From assembly GCA_965197585.1 (NCBI GenBank), contig OZ240215.1, positions 2,048,001 through 2,112,000 of the forward strand: a stretch of 64,000 nucleotides of DNA, given 5' to 3'. The position numbers and the translations under genes are program-made. This stretch comes from Dehalococcoidia bacterium. Lineage in GTDB: Bacteria > Chloroflexota > Dehalococcoidia > Plut-88900. Below the pieces are notes generated by a model. The model did no database searches and was not told the DNA's origin. It saw nothing but the letters and a program-made list of their open reading frames with translations. Position 1 is the stretch's first letter; each line of letters starts with the position of its first letter. Positions 29,644 through 40,414 of the stretch are shown piece after piece.

Positions 29644-29757
29644 ATGAAAGTCAGGGCTTCGGTTAAAAAACTTTGCGACAAGTGCAAGATTGTCCGCCGT
29701 CACGGGACGCTGCGGGTGATCTGCGAGGTGCCGAAGCATAAGCAGAGGCAGGGATAG
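29644..29757 (+). CDS. rpmJ: 50S ribosomal protein L36 (below ORF-track cutoff)
   Basis: Manual translation [37 protein letters not shown]. Confidence 0.97.
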   Translation: MKVRASVKKLCDKCKIVRRHGTLRVICEVPKHKQRQG

Positions 29758-29798
29758 CCGTCTTAAGACGGCCTATATGAGTTAATGCGGAGGATGTT

Positions 29799-30182
29799 AT
29801 GCCAAGAGTAGCAGGCGTGGATATCCCTAACGAAAAGAAATTCGATATTGCGTTGACCGCAATATACGGCGTGGGCCTGACCACCGCCGGGAAGGTTGCA
29901 GCAGCCGCACAGATAGACCCGGACTCCAAAGTCCGTGACCTCTCCGAGGACGATCTCAATCGCGTCAGGGAAGTCATCGACAAGGAATATCTGGTAGAGG
30001 GAGACCTGCGGCGCCAGATCCAGCAGAACATCCGCCGTCTGGTAGAGGTAAACACCTACCGCGGTATCAGGCACCGCCGCGGGCTGCCGGTTCACGGACA
30101 GCGGACTAAGACCAACGCCAGGACCAAGAGAGGCGCTAGAAGAACGGTCGCAGGTCGAAGGCAAGTACGGGCCAAGAAGTAG
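29799..30182 (+). CDS. rpsM: 30S ribosomal protein S13
   Basis: [16 protein letters not shown]. Confidence 0.98.
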   Translation: MPRVAGVDIPNEKKFDIALTAIYGVGLTTAGKVAAAAQIDPDSKVRDLSEDDLNRVREVIDKEYLVEGDLRRQIQQNIRRLVEVNTYRGIRHRRGLPVHGQRTKTNARTKRGARRTVAGRRQVRAKK

Positions 30183-30193
30183 TAGAGGTAAAA

Positions 30194-30583
30194 ATGGCGA
30201 AGCAGAAGGGAAGGTCCAGACGGAGAGAGAAGAAGTTCGTGCCCGTGGGCCGGGCTTACATCCAGTCTACCTTCAACAACACCAAGATAACGCTCACCGA
30301 TCCGAATGGGAACGTCATAGCCTGGGGCAGCTCCGGGACAATGGGGTTCAAGGGTTCCCGCAAAGGCACCGCCTTCGCCGCCCAGAGGGCGGGGGACCAG
30401 GCGGCCCGAAAGGGTACCGACCAGGGACTGCGGGAGGTGGAGGTCTTCGTCAGGGGACCGGGGAGCGGCCGGGAAGCCGCCATCCGATCCCTCGCCGCGG
30501 CAGGCATCCATATAGTCAGTATCAGGGACGTCACGCCAATTCCCCACAATGGCTGCCGCCCCCCCAAGCGAAGGCGCATTTAG
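30194..30583 (+). CDS. rpsK: 30S ribosomal protein S11
   Basis: [18 protein letters not shown]. Confidence 0.98.
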   Translation: MAKQKGRSRRREKKFVPVGRAYIQSTFNNTKITLTDPNGNVIAWGSSGTMGFKGSRKGTAFAAQRAGDQAARKGTDQGLREVEVFVRGPGSGREAAIRSLAAAGIHIVSIRDVTPIPHNGCRPPKRRRI

Positions 30584-30598
30584 CACGGAGGATACCCT

Positions 30599-31225
30599 TT
30601 GGCTCGTTACACTGGTCCCGTTTGCAGACTGTGCAGAAGGCAGGGCGAAAAGCTCTTCCTAAAGGGTGATCGCTGCCTCACACCCAAGTGCGCCATCGAG
30701 CGCCGGATCGGGCCTCCCGGCCAGCGGGGCACCCGCAGGCGAAGAGTCTCGGAAAGAGGATTGCAGCTCAGGGAGAAACAAAAGGTAAAGCACACCTACG
30801 GCCTGGTCGAGAAGCAGCTTTTCCGCCACTTCAGCGCCGCCCGGGAACAGCCGGGAGTCACTGGTGATAACTTCCTGAAGATCCTGGAGAGCAGGCTCGA
30901 CAACGTGGTGTTCAGGCTTGGGTTTGCGAGCTCGCGGAACCAGGCGCGCCAGGTCGTCAGGCACGGCCACATCACAGTGAACGGAACGCCCACCAACATT
31001 CCTTCCTACCTGCTAAAAGTGAGCGACCAAGTCGGGTGGACGGGCCGAGGCCGCAAGTCCGAGCACTTCAAGTTCATGGAGGCGGAGATCCGTGGAAAAC
31101 CAATCCCTGAGTGGCTTAGCGTCGATCCCCAGGCCATGGCAGGCCGCGTCCTGACCATACCTACAAGAGAGCTGGTTGGCTCCCGGGTCGATGACCGGCT
31201 AATCATCGAATACTACTCACGGTAG
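30599..31225 (+). CDS. rpsD: 30S ribosomal protein S4
   Basis: ARYTGP, LESRLDNVVFRLG, IIEYYSR. Confidence 0.98.
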   Translation: MARYTGPVCRLCRRQGEKLFLKGDRCLTPKCAIERRIGPPGQRGTRRRRVSERGLQLREKQKVKHTYGLVEKQLFRHFSAAREQPGVTGDNFLKILESRLDNVVFRLGFASSRNQARQVVRHGHITVNGTPTNIPSYLLKVSDQVGWTGRGRKSEHFKFMEAEIRGKPIPEWLSVDPQAMAGRVLTIPTRELVGSRVDDRLIIEYYSR

Positions 31226-31255
31226 AAGCCGTTCTATTTCGGAGAACCTGTCCAA

Positions 31256-32335
31256 ATGATGGATATATACAGCGAACCGTTCCAGGCCAGTGATGCTCTG
31301 GTCGGCATCGCTAACCCTGAAATTCAGATACTGGAAGACCAGGCGACCTACGGCCGGTTTAGCGTAGAGCCACTCGAAAGAGGTCTCGGGACCACCATCG
31401 GCAACTCAGTCCGAAGGGTGCTTCTCAGCTCCATAGAGAGCGCTGCAATAACCTGGGTGAAGATCCAGAGCATTCAGCACGAATACTCCACGATCACCCA
31501 CGTCACGGAGGACGTCACCGAATTCCTGCTCAACGTCAAGGGAATACGGCTGAAGTCCAATTCAGACCAGCCCGGAAGGCTATTCCTTGACGTGGAAGGT
31601 GAGAGAGAGGTCGTGGCGGGAGACATAAGCCCCGCTGCAGAGTACGAGGTTGCTAACCCCGACCTGCACCTCGCAACTATGGATTCCGAAGAGGCTGCAC
31701 TCTCAGTTGAGTTCAACGTGGAGAGGGGCCGAGGCTACATGGCTGCCGCAAACATTGACGGCCTGCCCATCGGCGCCCTGCCCGTGGACGCAATTTTCAC
31801 CCCCGTTCGCAAGGTGAACTTCAAAGTAGAGCCCATCAGGATCGGCCCATACATGGGCAAGGAACGTGTGGTCCTGGACACCTGGACCGACGGTACAATA
31901 CGTCCGGTGCAGGCCCTGCAGGAAGCCGGGGACGCTCTGATAAATTACTTCTCCCTCTTCGCCAACCTGGGCAAGTCCCTCGCCTCCTCAGACGGGCGTT
32001 ACCTTGACATACCGGCAGAGCATTACGCTATGACCCTGGAGAGTCTTCAGCTTCCGGCCAGGATATTCAACTGCCTGGACAGGGAAGGCCTGAAAAGTGT
32101 CGGGGAAGTGCTTGAGAAGGGCGAAGATGAGCTGCTCCAGATCAGGAACTTCGGTGAGAAGTCGCTGAGTGAACTGTACGAGGTGCTGATGGACCACGGT
32201 GTGGATGTGGCATCCATACTGGCCCAGACCGCCCAGCCCTTTGCACCCCCGACTGCTGAGGTCCCGGAAGAGGCGGAGGAAGAACCCTCTCTGGAAGAAG
32301 TGGACGTGCCGGCAACGGTCGAAGGAACCGAATAG
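31256..32335 (+). CDS. rpoA: RNA polymerase alpha subunit
   Basis: [28 protein letters not shown]. Confidence 0.97.
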   Translation: MMDIYSEPFQASDALVGIANPEIQILEDQATYGRFSVEPLERGLGTTIGNSVRRVLLSSIESAAITWVKIQSIQHEYSTITHVTEDVTEFLLNVKGIRLKSNSDQPGRLFLDVEGEREVVAGDISPAAEYEVANPDLHLATMDSEEAALSVEFNVERGRGYMAAANIDGLPIGALPVDAIFTPVRKVNFKVEPIRIGPYMGKERVVLDTWTDGTIRPVQALQEAGDALINYFSLFANLGKSLASSDGRYLDIPAEHYAMTLESLQLPARIFNCLDREGLKSVGEVLEKGEDELLQIRNFGEKSLSELYEVLMDHGVDVASILAQTAQPFAPPTAEVPEEAEEEPSLEEVDVPATVEGTE

Positions 32336-32345
32336 AGACACCAAG

Positions 32346-32699
32346 ATGAGACACAGGAAATCGGGTCGCAAGTTAGGACGCAAGTCGGACCACCGGAAAG
32401 CCCTGTACCGGAACCTGGTCACCGACCTGCTTCGCAACGAGCACCTATCAACAACCGAGGCGAAAGCCAAAGAGATCAAGGGCATCGCCGAGAAGATCAT
32501 TACCCTCGGCAAGAGGGAAGACCTCCACGCCCGTCGTCAGGCCCTGTCATACGTGGCCGACAAGAAAGTGGTATCCAAGGTCTTCGATGAATTGGGCCCG
32601 CGGTTCTCGGAGAGGCCCGGCGGGTACACGCGGATGGTCAAGCTCGGGCCCAGGCTGGGCGACGCAGCGCCAATGGCGCGCCTCGAACTGGTCGAGTAA
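32346..32699 (+). CDS. rplQ: 50S ribosomal protein L17
   Basis: [19 protein letters not shown]. Confidence 0.97.
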   Translation: MRHRKSGRKLGRKSDHRKALYRNLVTDLLRNEHLSTTEAKAKEIKGIAEKIITLGKREDLHARRQALSYVADKKVVSKVFDELGPRFSERPGGYTRMVKLGPRLGDAAPMARLELVE

Positions 32700-32710
32700 T
32701 TACATACTGA

Positions 32711-33553
32711 ATGACACACGCGGAAGCAAATACAACCCAGGGCGGTGGTCTCAGAAGGATCGCTTTGCACCTGGAATATGACGGGACTCGCTACCAGGGG
32801 TTCCAGTGGCAGCCCGACGTGCCTACCATCCAGTCCGCACTGGAACTCGCCATTGAGAAGGCAACGGGCGAAAAGGTCAGGGTCTCGTGTGCGGGGCGCA
32901 CGGACTCGGGAGTCAATGCTCGCGGCCAGGTAGCCGCATTCCTTATCAGTTCGGAGCTCTCTGCCGAAACTCTGCTTCACGCCCTCAACCATTACCTGGA
33001 TGACGATATTTCAGTGCACCGGGCCGCTGAGGCGGACTTGGGATTCGACCCCCGGCATGATGCCGTGTCCCGACGCTATCACTACTCAATTTTGAACAGC
33101 CCGACACGCTCACCCCTGCTGCGAGGCCTCACGTGCCACGTCAGAGGCAATCTGGACGGAAGCATGATGGATCGGGCAGCCGGGCATCTGGTGGGCTCGC
33201 ACGATTTCGCTTCCTTTTCCAAGGCCCCACAGGTACCTGGTACCTCTACTACCCGCCAGATCATGGAGGCCTCCATCTCAATGCAGGGCACTATGGTGAC
33301 ACTGGCGATGGAAGGCAACGCCTTCCTTACTCACCAAGTGCGGCGCACTGCCGGTGCACTGGTACAGGTGGGACTGGGCCGCATCACCATCGAGGAGTTC
33401 CGAGACCTCGTAGAGAACCCGACACCCGGGACTGCAGGCCCTACCCTGTCTCCCGCGGGTCTGTGCCTGGAAGCCGTTCGGTACCCGGCCCACGCCGACC
33501 CTTTCTTATCTGAAACTATGTTAAAGGCCGAAGTCTCGGCCATGATTAGCTAA
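32711..33553 (+). CDS. truA: tRNA pseudouridine(38-40) synthase
   Basis: YDGT.YQGFQ, AGRTDSGV, HDFASF. Confidence 0.95.
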   Translation: MTHAEANTTQGGGLRRIALHLEYDGTRYQGFQWQPDVPTIQSALELAIEKATGEKVRVSCAGRTDSGVNARGQVAAFLISSELSAETLLHALNHYLDDDISVHRAAEADLGFDPRHDAVSRRYHYSILNSPTRSPLLRGLTCHVRGNLDGSMMDRAAGHLVGSHDFASFSKAPQVPGTSTTRQIMEASISMQGTMVTLAMEGNAFLTHQVRRTAGALVQVGLGRITIEEFRDLVENPTPGTAGPTLSPAGLCLEAVRYPAHADPFLSETMLKAEVSAMIS

Positions 33554-33574
33554 CAGCAAAGCGATACTGAAAAA

Positions 33575-34357
33575 ATGGCAACACTTACGAAGAATATAAC
33601 GGCAACGGCAACGGCAAACGACCTTCGGCCCAGATGGCAGGTCCTTGATGCGCAAGGACAGGTTTTGGGTCGGCTGTCCGTGCAGGTGGCCCACCTGCTG
33701 AAGGGCAAGCACAAGCCCAACTACTCGCCCCACATGCTCACCGGCGATTTCGTGATAGTTATCAACGCCGGCAAGGTGCGGGTCACGGGGCGCAAGGCCG
33801 AGCAGAAGGTCTACTACAGCCATTCCCAATACCCCGGCGGGCTAAAGGAAGTGCCCTACGAGAGCATGATGACCAGGCACCCGACCCGGGTGGTGGAACA
33901 CGCCGTGAAAGGCATGCTCCCCCACAACCGGCTGGGCCGACAGATGTTTAGACGTCTGAAGGTCTATGAGGGCGCCGAACATCCCCACGAGTCCCAGGTG
34001 GCGGACAGCCTCAATGCCCTGGAGAAAGATCGCGAAGAGGGCGTCGTATGGCTTGGACTGCCCAAACCGCAGTACAAGAAACGGATTCGCAAGGCAAAGG
34101 AATCCTCCGAAGCTCCGGCCCCGGCCATCGAAGAAGCCCCGGCGGACGCCGTGACACCCGAGGACCCGACCGCAGAAGCAGAACCCGTAACAAGCGACGC
34201 AGAGCCAGTCGTAGAGGCAGAGGACTCGGTGGAAGAAGCCGAGCCAACTGCTGAGATGGCGGACGAGGGAGTCGACTCTGAACCAGTCGCCGAGGTAGAG
34301 GCGGCAGAAGCCTCGGAGACCGAGCCCCCAGAAGAAGATAAGGAGCGGGGCGCTTAG
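33575..34357 (+). CDS. rplM: 50S ribosomal protein L13 with long acidic C-terminal extension
   Basis: LGRL, GKHKP, GDFVIVINA, VKGMLP, HPH. Confidence 0.96.
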   Translation: MATLTKNITATATANDLRPRWQVLDAQGQVLGRLSVQVAHLLKGKHKPNYSPHMLTGDFVIVINAGKVRVTGRKAEQKVYYSHSQYPGGLKEVPYESMMTRHPTRVVEHAVKGMLPHNRLGRQMFRRLKVYEGAEHPHESQVADSLNALEKDREEGVVWLGLPKPQYKKRIRKAKESSEAPAPAIEEAPADAVTPEDPTAEAEPVTSDAEPVVEAEDSVEEAEPTAEMADEGVDSEPVAEVEAAEASETEPPEEDKERGA

Positions 34358-34373
34358 CCCCCGGGAGAGGCCG

Positions 34374-34769
34374 TTGACAGAACAAAGATATTTCTACGCC
34401 ATTGGCAAACGCAAAGAGGCCGTGGCCCGAGTCAGATTGTTCCCCGGCAACGGTGCAATAGTCGTCAATGGCAAGCCCATGAACGAATTGTTCACACTCC
34501 GGACGCTCCAGCAGGTCATTCATGAGCCATTCGCAACAACCGGCCTCACCAACAACTACAGCGTTTCGGTAAAGGTGGCCGGTGGCGGTATAGCGGGACA
34601 AGCCCACGCCATCAGACACGGCATATCCCGCGCCCTCCTGGTCGCCAACGAAGAACTGAGGCCCGTGCTCCGCAAGGCCGGCCTCCTGACTCGGGACGCC
34701 CGCGTCAAGGAACGTAAGAAGTACGGCCTTAAGAGAGCCCGAAAGGCGCCTCAGTACACGAAGCGGTAA
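34374..34769 (+). CDS. rpsI: 30S ribosomal protein S9
   Basis: GGGIAGQA, ERKKYGLKRARKAPQYTKR. Confidence 0.98.
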   Translation: MTEQRYFYAIGKRKEAVARVRLFPGNGAIVVNGKPMNELFTLRTLQQVIHEPFATTGLTNNYSVSVKVAGGGIAGQAHAIRHGISRALLVANEELRPVLRKAGLLTRDARVKERKKYGLKRARKAPQYTKR

Positions 34770-34790
34770 CGTATAAAAAGCCTGGAAACG

Positions 34791-34831
34791 AAGGGACGGC
34801 CCGACGCATGCGTCGGGCCGTCCTCTTTTTT
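34791..34831 (+). terminator. Rho-independent terminator of ribosomal superoperon
   Basis: GGACGGCCCGACGC-AT-GCGTCGGGCCGTCC followed by TCTTTTTT. Confidence 0.85.
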
Positions 34832-34872
34832 ACAAATGGCGCCGTTGGCGAGGATTAGCTCCTCAGGTACGG

Positions 34873-35283
34873 TTAGCGGAAGTTGTTTCTGAGGGCCTCC
34901 AGGGCCGCAACACAACAGGCGACGTCCTGCTCATTCGAAGCGCCTGCAGCGGCTATTCCACCCACCACCTCTCCGCCAATCTCTATGGGCATTTCACCGT
35001 CTGCGGGGACTATCTTGCCCTGGGTAGAGATAACCATGCTCTGAAACCAGGGCCTGCCTACCATTGTCATTATCTTGGCTCCTTCCGCCCCGAACATGAC
35101 CGCCGTATAGGCCATGTTTATCGCTTCGTCGGCGGACAGGGGCAAGGCGCCGTCCATTCTGGAGACAGTTAGGGTGTATCCCCCATTGTCTACTACGGCT
35201 ACACTCACGGAGCAGCCCATTGCAACGGCCTTGGCCTTGGCGGCATCTGCCATCTTCTCGGCTACATCAAGGGATAGCGGCAT
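34873..35283 (-). CDS. GlcG/HbpS family heme-binding protein
   Basis: SVAVVDNGG, RMDGA, AYTA, VVGGIAAAG..D. Confidence 0.8.
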   Translation of the reverse strand: MPLSLDVAEKMADAAKAKAVAMGCSVSVAVVDNGGYTLTVSRMDGALPLSADEAINMAYTAVMFGAEGAKIMTMVGRPWFQSMVISTQGKIVPADGEMPIEIGGEVVGGIAAAGASNEQDVACCVAALEALRNNFR

Positions 35284-35356
35284 ATATCATCCCTCCTCTA
35301 AGTTTCCTGTAAGAATATCAGGACACGGGGTGCTATGTTGTAGCGACTTGGTGTAT

Positions 35357-36550
35357 TTATCCTCGGGGCAGTCCGAGGCCTCTACGGGCAATGATCCCCC
35401 GCTGTATCTCCGAGGTTCCACCTGCTATGGTCTGCGATATCGAAAGCAAATAGTCCCTTTGGAACCGGCCTTTGAACACTTCCCACGCCGACCCGGGGCC
35501 CAGTTGACCGTGGAGGCCGAGCACCCACAATATAGTATTGGCAAGCTTCTGGGCGCTCTCGGTTAGGATTAACTTGCACATCGAGGCTTCGGCGTTGGGC
35601 ACGAGGCCTTGGCCCTGCATCGAGGCCACCCGGTACGCCATCCATCGACCCACCTCTATGTTTATGGCCGCATCTGCCAGCCTGTTCCTGACGGACTCAT
35701 CCGCATTCAATGCCGGTCTTCGAGACCCGGACCTGCCGAGGTGAGCGGCTATTTCGTCCAGGTGACGCCTCTGGATCGCAGCGTCTCTTATGTGCGATCT
35801 TTCGAAATCCAGGGCCACGGCCACGTAGTACCAGCCCATGTTCTCTTCGCCCACCAGGTTGGCCTTGGGCACCCGGACGTTTTCGAAGAATATCTCGTTG
35901 AAGTGATGAGAATTGGCCATATTCACGATTGGGTCGATAGTGACGCCCGGCGTCTTTAGGTCCACCAGTACCAGGCTTATCCCCTTGTGCTTGGGCGCCG
36001 AGGGATCCGTGCGAACGGCGAGCCAGCACCAATCCATCGCGTGGCCGCCGCTGTTCCATGTCTTTTGCCCATTGACCACGTAGTGGTCTCCATCAGAGAG
36101 GGCCTCCGTCTGCAGAGAGGCGAGGTCGGATCCCGAGTCAGGCTCGCTGTATCCCGTGCACCAGAACCTTTCCCCTGCGCCTATGTAGGGGATTTGCTCC
36201 TTCTTCTGCTCCTCGGTGCCATAAATCATCAGCGTGGGCCCGACCCAACCTATCCCCCCGACTCCCATGTCCAGGGTGGCTGGAGGGACCATGTTGTAGG
36301 CCATCTCTTCCTGGTAGACGACCTGCTCCATCATCGGGCGGTCCTGACCTCCGTATTCCTTGGGCCAGGCCAGGGTCAGCCAACCCTTGTTAGCCAGGGT
36401 CTTGGCCATGCGTCGGGTGAACTCCAGGCCTTCGCCTTCGTACTCGTCGCCTTCCTCCAGCCCCTCCCAGTCGTCGGGCAGCTCCTGTTTAAGGAAACCT
36501 CTTATCTCCTGGCGGAACGCCTCTTCCTTTTGCGTGAAGGCTAACTTCAT
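35357..36550 (-). CDS. Acyl-CoA dehydrogenase
   Basis: YSEPDSGSDLASL, NGQKTW, TIAGGTSEIQR. Confidence 0.93.
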   Translation of the reverse strand: MKLAFTQKEEAFRQEIRGFLKQELPDDWEGLEEGDEYEGEGLEFTRRMAKTLANKGWLTLAWPKEYGGQDRPMMEQVVYQEEMAYNMVPPATLDMGVGGIGWVGPTLMIYGTEEQKKEQIPYIGAGERFWCTGYSEPDSGSDLASLQTEALSDGDHYVVNGQKTWNSGGHAMDWCWLAVRTDPSAPKHKGISLVLVDLKTPGVTIDPIVNMANSHHFNEIFFENVRVPKANLVGEENMGWYYVAVALDFERSHIRDAAIQRRHLDEIAAHLGRSGSRRPALNADESVRNRLADAAINIEVGRWMAYRVASMQGQGLVPNAEASMCKLILTESAQKLANTILWVLGLHGQLGPGSAWEVFKGRFQRDYLLSISQTIAGGTSEIQRGIIARRGLGLPRG

Positions 36551-36584
36551 GGCTCCTCCGTCCGGGTCTACACGGTGTTAACTG

Positions 36585-37640
36585 CTAGCTTTCCTCGATC
36601 ATTGCTTTCAGGGCGTTAATGCGGGGTACGGGAGAAGGGTCTGCGCCGTATAGCAGGCCCAGATAGTAGCTAGCGTAGTCTCCCAACACCGTCAGGCTCA
36701 TTATTTGTGCCAAGACTGACTCCCCTTCCGCCTCCACAACACTCTGCCCGACCCCGCTCCTTCTCAGAAGCTCGACAATGCCGTCATAGGTGGACTGGAG
36801 GCGCTCATCCACGGCATTAGCGCCCAAGAGGACAACGTGGGTCTGATCAGAGACATTGCCGGGCCTTTCCAGGCCCTCGACCGCATTGTGACCCGCTTCC
36901 GGCAGCATTTCGTAGAATGCCCAAGACTTGCCGTTTTCGTTGAGTTGGGTCTTCCATCGCCGGGCTACGCAGTTGAATATATCACCGGCGTAGACCACAA
37001 TCAAATTCTCCATCAACTGCCATGCCAGCGTCTTGGCGGGGTTATCCTCTGTCGGGGTGGACTCTGAATACTGCTCCGAAAGCCGTTCGATCAGCTCAAT
37101 GGCCTCCTCGACGTCCGACCCAAGGTTTTCGACCAACTCAAGCCTGTTCATGCAGGACAGGAGTGTGAAGAGGCAATAGCCAAGCGCAGCGCGAGGCTCG
37201 GAGACTATGTCAATGGCGTAGACCGGTATACCGTACTCCGCCGCCGTCTCCTCCAACCGACCTCCCCCCGTCACAGCCACCTTACACCCCGACAACCCAA
37301 GATCGAAGGCCGAGAGTGTCTCCTCGGTGTTGCCTGAGTAGCTTGACCCGATGACAAGGGTCTCATCGTCGAGCGGACTGGGATACTCGAAGCCGCGAAA
37401 CACCTCCACCGGAGGGCCGCCTGCCTGCACGACTACCGTCTGAAGATAGTCGGCCGCTATGGCTGATCCACCCATGCCGAAATGCACTACGCGGTCCACG
37501 TGTCTGTAGCTCTCCGGCAGGTCCGGCACAGGCATGGTATTCCATCCCCTGCGGCACTGCTCGGCCATGGTTCGCAGCCGGATCCGCAGCCTTGATTGGT
37601 CAAGGACGTCGTAGATTCCGTGGTCGTCCAGGTCTATCAT
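36585..37640 (-). CDS. Bifunctional phosphoglucose/phosphomannose isomerase
   Basis: GMGGSA, SYSGNTEETL, RWKTQLNENGK, PEAGHN. Confidence 0.9.
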   Translation of the reverse strand: MIDLDDHGIYDVLDQSRLRIRLRTMAEQCRRGWNTMPVPDLPESYRHVDRVVHFGMGGSAIAADYLQTVVVQAGGPPVEVFRGFEYPSPLDDETLVIGSSYSGNTEETLSAFDLGLSGCKVAVTGGGRLEETAAEYGIPVYAIDIVSEPRAALGYCLFTLLSCMNRLELVENLGSDVEEAIELIERLSEQYSESTPTEDNPAKTLAWQLMENLIVVYAGDIFNCVARRWKTQLNENGKSWAFYEMLPEAGHNAVEGLERPGNVSDQTHVVLLGANAVDERLQSTYDGIVELLRRSGVGQSVVEAEGESVLAQIMSLTVLGDYASYYLGLLYGADPSPVPRINALKAMIEES

Positions 37641-37642
37641 CG

Positions 37643-39070
37643 TTATACGGAGGCCAGGGCTCGACCGGCGTTCAGAAGTCGGTCAACGGCCTCCATGCTC
37701 CTGCTTTCAGCGTAAATTCTCATTAAGGGCTCGGTGCCCGAGAAACGGAACAGGAGCCAGCTCCCATCCTCGAACTCGAAGCGGGGCCCGTCCGTCCTGT
37801 CCAGCCGGGACACGGGCATTCCAGCTATGGAGTCGGGCTGTGCATTTGCTATCCGCTCCCTGGCCTGCTCTTTGGCAGCACCTGCGATGGGGATATCCAC
37901 GCGGTCATAATGGTGCGGCCCGACAAGATCATAAAGGTCACCAATTAGCTGTGATACCGTCCTGCCGGTCTGGGCCAGGAGGTCCAGTATGTAGAGGGAG
38001 GCCAAGATCCCGTCCCGCTCCGGGACGTGGCCGCGGAAACCGAATCCTCCGCTTTCCTCTCCTCCGATCAGGGCGTCTTCCGCCATCATCTTCGGCCCGA
38101 TGTGCTTGAAGCCGACCGCGGTCTCGTGGACGGGTACGCCGTACCGTTCTCCCAGCCGGTCTATCATCCTGGTTGTGGTGATGGACTTGATCATCGGGCC
38201 CCTCTCCCCCAGCACCTCCAGGAGATAGTAGGCCAGCAGCCCGAAAATCTGGAGGGGCGTGAGGATGTTTCCATACTCGTCGGCAACGCCGACCCTGTCG
38301 GCATCTCCGTCGGTGGCTAGGCCCACGTCGGCATCGGTCTTTCTGACCTGGACCCTCAGTTTGGCAAGGTTTCGGGCTATAGGTTCCGGCTGCCCGAGCC
38401 CCGGGAAAAGGGGGTTGCGGGTACGGTGTATCTCACTCACCCTTGCCGAGCCTCCGCCAACAATTCGCTTGACGTAGCCGATGCCCGCCCCGTACATCGA
38501 GTCCACGGCCACCCCCAACCCCGACTCCTGTAGCCTATCCAGATCTACCAGTGTTGCGACGTGGCGTTCGTACGCGGGCACGAGGTCCACTGTCTCGATT
38601 AGGCAATCAGCGTTCGTGTCTTCTGTGTTGAGCTTGGGCACGCCGCCCCGCCCTTGTATATCGGCGATTATGGATTCCAGGTTCGCGGTTATCTCGGGAG
38701 TGGCACTTCCTGCGTATTCAGGCTTGAACTTGAAACCGTTCCATCCAGCAGGATTGTGACTGGCCGTAATGACTACCGCCCCGGCCGCTTCCCTGTCCAT
38801 GACTGCGTAGCTGGCGACGGGGGTCGGCACGGCAGAGATACTGAGATAGGCACGGATGCCGTTGGCGGCAAGGACTCCTGCCACGTCGTAGGCGAAGCGC
38901 TCGGAGAGGAATCGGGTATCGTACCCGACCACCACCCCCCGCCCCCCGAGTCCCCTGCCCTTAACGTATTCCGCAACGGCTTGCGCGCAGATCCGGACGT
39001 TGGAAAAGGTGAAATCGTCGGCGATGAGGCCACGCCAACCGTCGGTCCCAAATTTAATCTCGCCCGGCAT
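37643..39070 (-). CDS. Phosphoglucomutase/phosphomannomutase family
   Basis: FGTDGWRG, TASHNP, DGDADR, GGEESG, RFSGTEP. Confidence 0.95.
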   Translation of the reverse strand: MPGEIKFGTDGWRGLIADDFTFSNVRICAQAVAEYVKGRGLGGRGVVVGYDTRFLSERFAYDVAGVLAANGIRAYLSISAVPTPVASYAVMDREAAGAVVITASHNPAGWNGFKFKPEYAGSATPEITANLESIIADIQGRGGVPKLNTEDTNADCLIETVDLVPAYERHVATLVDLDRLQESGLGVAVDSMYGAGIGYVKRIVGGGSARVSEIHRTRNPLFPGLGQPEPIARNLAKLRVQVRKTDADVGLATDGDADRVGVADEYGNILTPLQIFGLLAYYLLEVLGERGPMIKSITTTRMIDRLGERYGVPVHETAVGFKHIGPKMMAEDALIGGEESGGFGFRGHVPERDGILASLYILDLLAQTGRTVSQLIGDLYDLVGPHHYDRVDIPIAGAAKEQARERIANAQPDSIAGMPVSRLDRTDGPRFEFEDGSWLLFRFSGTEPLMRIYAESRSMEAVDRLLNAGRALASV

Positions 39071-39126
39071 CTACCAGATTGTACCCCAGCAGAGCGTTGC
39101 CGGACGATTCGAGGGAGTTATGTCTG

Positions 39127-40368
39127 CTAACCCGCCTGTACCTGGCCCCGTGTCCCGGCATCGGCCATCAGAGCCTCGGCCTTGTCGGTGTGCTCCCAGG
39201 GCAGATCCAAGTCTAAACGCCCGAAGTGGCCGTAGGCGGCAGTGGGTCGGTAGATGGGACGCCGAAGGTCCAGCATCTCGATAATGGCCGCTGGCCTGAG
39301 ATCGAAGTGCTTTTTGGTGAGCTCCATGATCAGGTCATCGGGGACTTTGCCCGTGCCAAAGGTCTCGACGGCTACGGAAATGGGGTGAGCAACGCCGATG
39401 GCGTAGGAGAGCTGCACTTCCAGCCTGTCCGCGAGTCCCGCGGCGACCAGGTTCTTGGCAACGTAGCGGGCAGCGTAGCTGGCGGAGCGGTCAACCTTGG
39501 TCGGGTCCTTGCCTGAGAAGGCGCCGCCACCGTGTCGGGCCACACCGCCGTAGGTATCGACAATAATTTTCCGTCCGGTGAGCCCCGCATCCCCCATCGG
39601 CCCGCCGACTACGAAGCGCCCCGTGGGATTCACGTGGTACTTCGTGTTAGCGTCCAGCAGGTCGGCCGGTATGACTTTCATAACGACGTTCTCAATAAGG
39701 TCGCTCTCAATTTGTGAGTGAGTTGCATTGGGGTCATGCTGGGAGCTGAGGACAACCGTGTCGACCCTTACGGGTACGCCATAGCGATACTCGACGGTAA
39801 CCTGTGACTTTCCGTCGGGGCGGAGGTAGGGAAGGGTGCCATCCTTGCGTATGGCGGCCATTTGGCGGCAGAGCTTGTGCGCCAAGGAGATCGTCATGGG
39901 CATCAGCTCAGGAGTGTCGTTGCAGGCGAAGCCGATCATCATACCCTGGTCCCCAGCCCCGATGAGGTCGAAGTTGTGGCTCTCTTGGACGGGGAGCTCC
40001 TGCTCCTTTGCCTCCAGCGAGCGGTTGACACCCAGGGCAATATCACCCGACTGCTCCTTAATGGAGACGATAACACCACAGGTCTCGTAGTCGAAGCCGT
40101 ACTTGGCCCGGGTGTAGCCCGCGTCCCGAATCACGTCCCGGGCGATAGCGGGAATGTCGACATAGGAATTGGTGGTGATCTCTCCGGCGATTAGTACGAG
40201 TCCGGTGGTAGTTGCCGTCTCGCATGCCACGCGCCCCTGAGGGTCTTGGGCCAGGATCGCGTCCAGGACTCCGTCGGAAATCTGGTCGCACAGTTTGTCG
40301 GGGTGGCCTTCGGTGACTGACTCCGAGGTAAGCATGTAGGACTCGGAAGTCATCAGGGTTGTGCTCAA
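39127..40368 (-). CDS. metK: S-adenosylmethionine synthetase
   Basis: [26 protein letters not shown]. Confidence 0.98.
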   Translation of the reverse strand: MSTTLMTSESYMLTSESVTEGHPDKLCDQISDGVLDAILAQDPQGRVACETATTTGLVLIAGEITTNSYVDIPAIARDVIRDAGYTRAKYGFDYETCGVIVSIKEQSGDIALGVNRSLEAKEQELPVQESHNFDLIGAGDQGMMIGFACNDTPELMPMTISLAHKLCRQMAAIRKDGTLPYLRPDGKSQVTVEYRYGVPVRVDTVVLSSQHDPNATHSQIESDLIENVVMKVIPADLLDANTKYHVNPTGRFVVGGPMGDAGLTGRKIIVDTYGGVARHGGGAFSGKDPTKVDRSASYAARYVAKNLVAAGLADRLEVQLSYAIGVAHPISVAVETFGTGKVPDDLIMELTKKHFDLRPAAIIEMLDLRRPIYRPTAAYGHFGRLDLDLPWEHTDKAEALMADAGTRGQVQAG

Positions 40369-40414
40369 TATATTCTCCTTGGCTCTTTAATGTGATTGCG
40401 TGATCAGGAGACGA

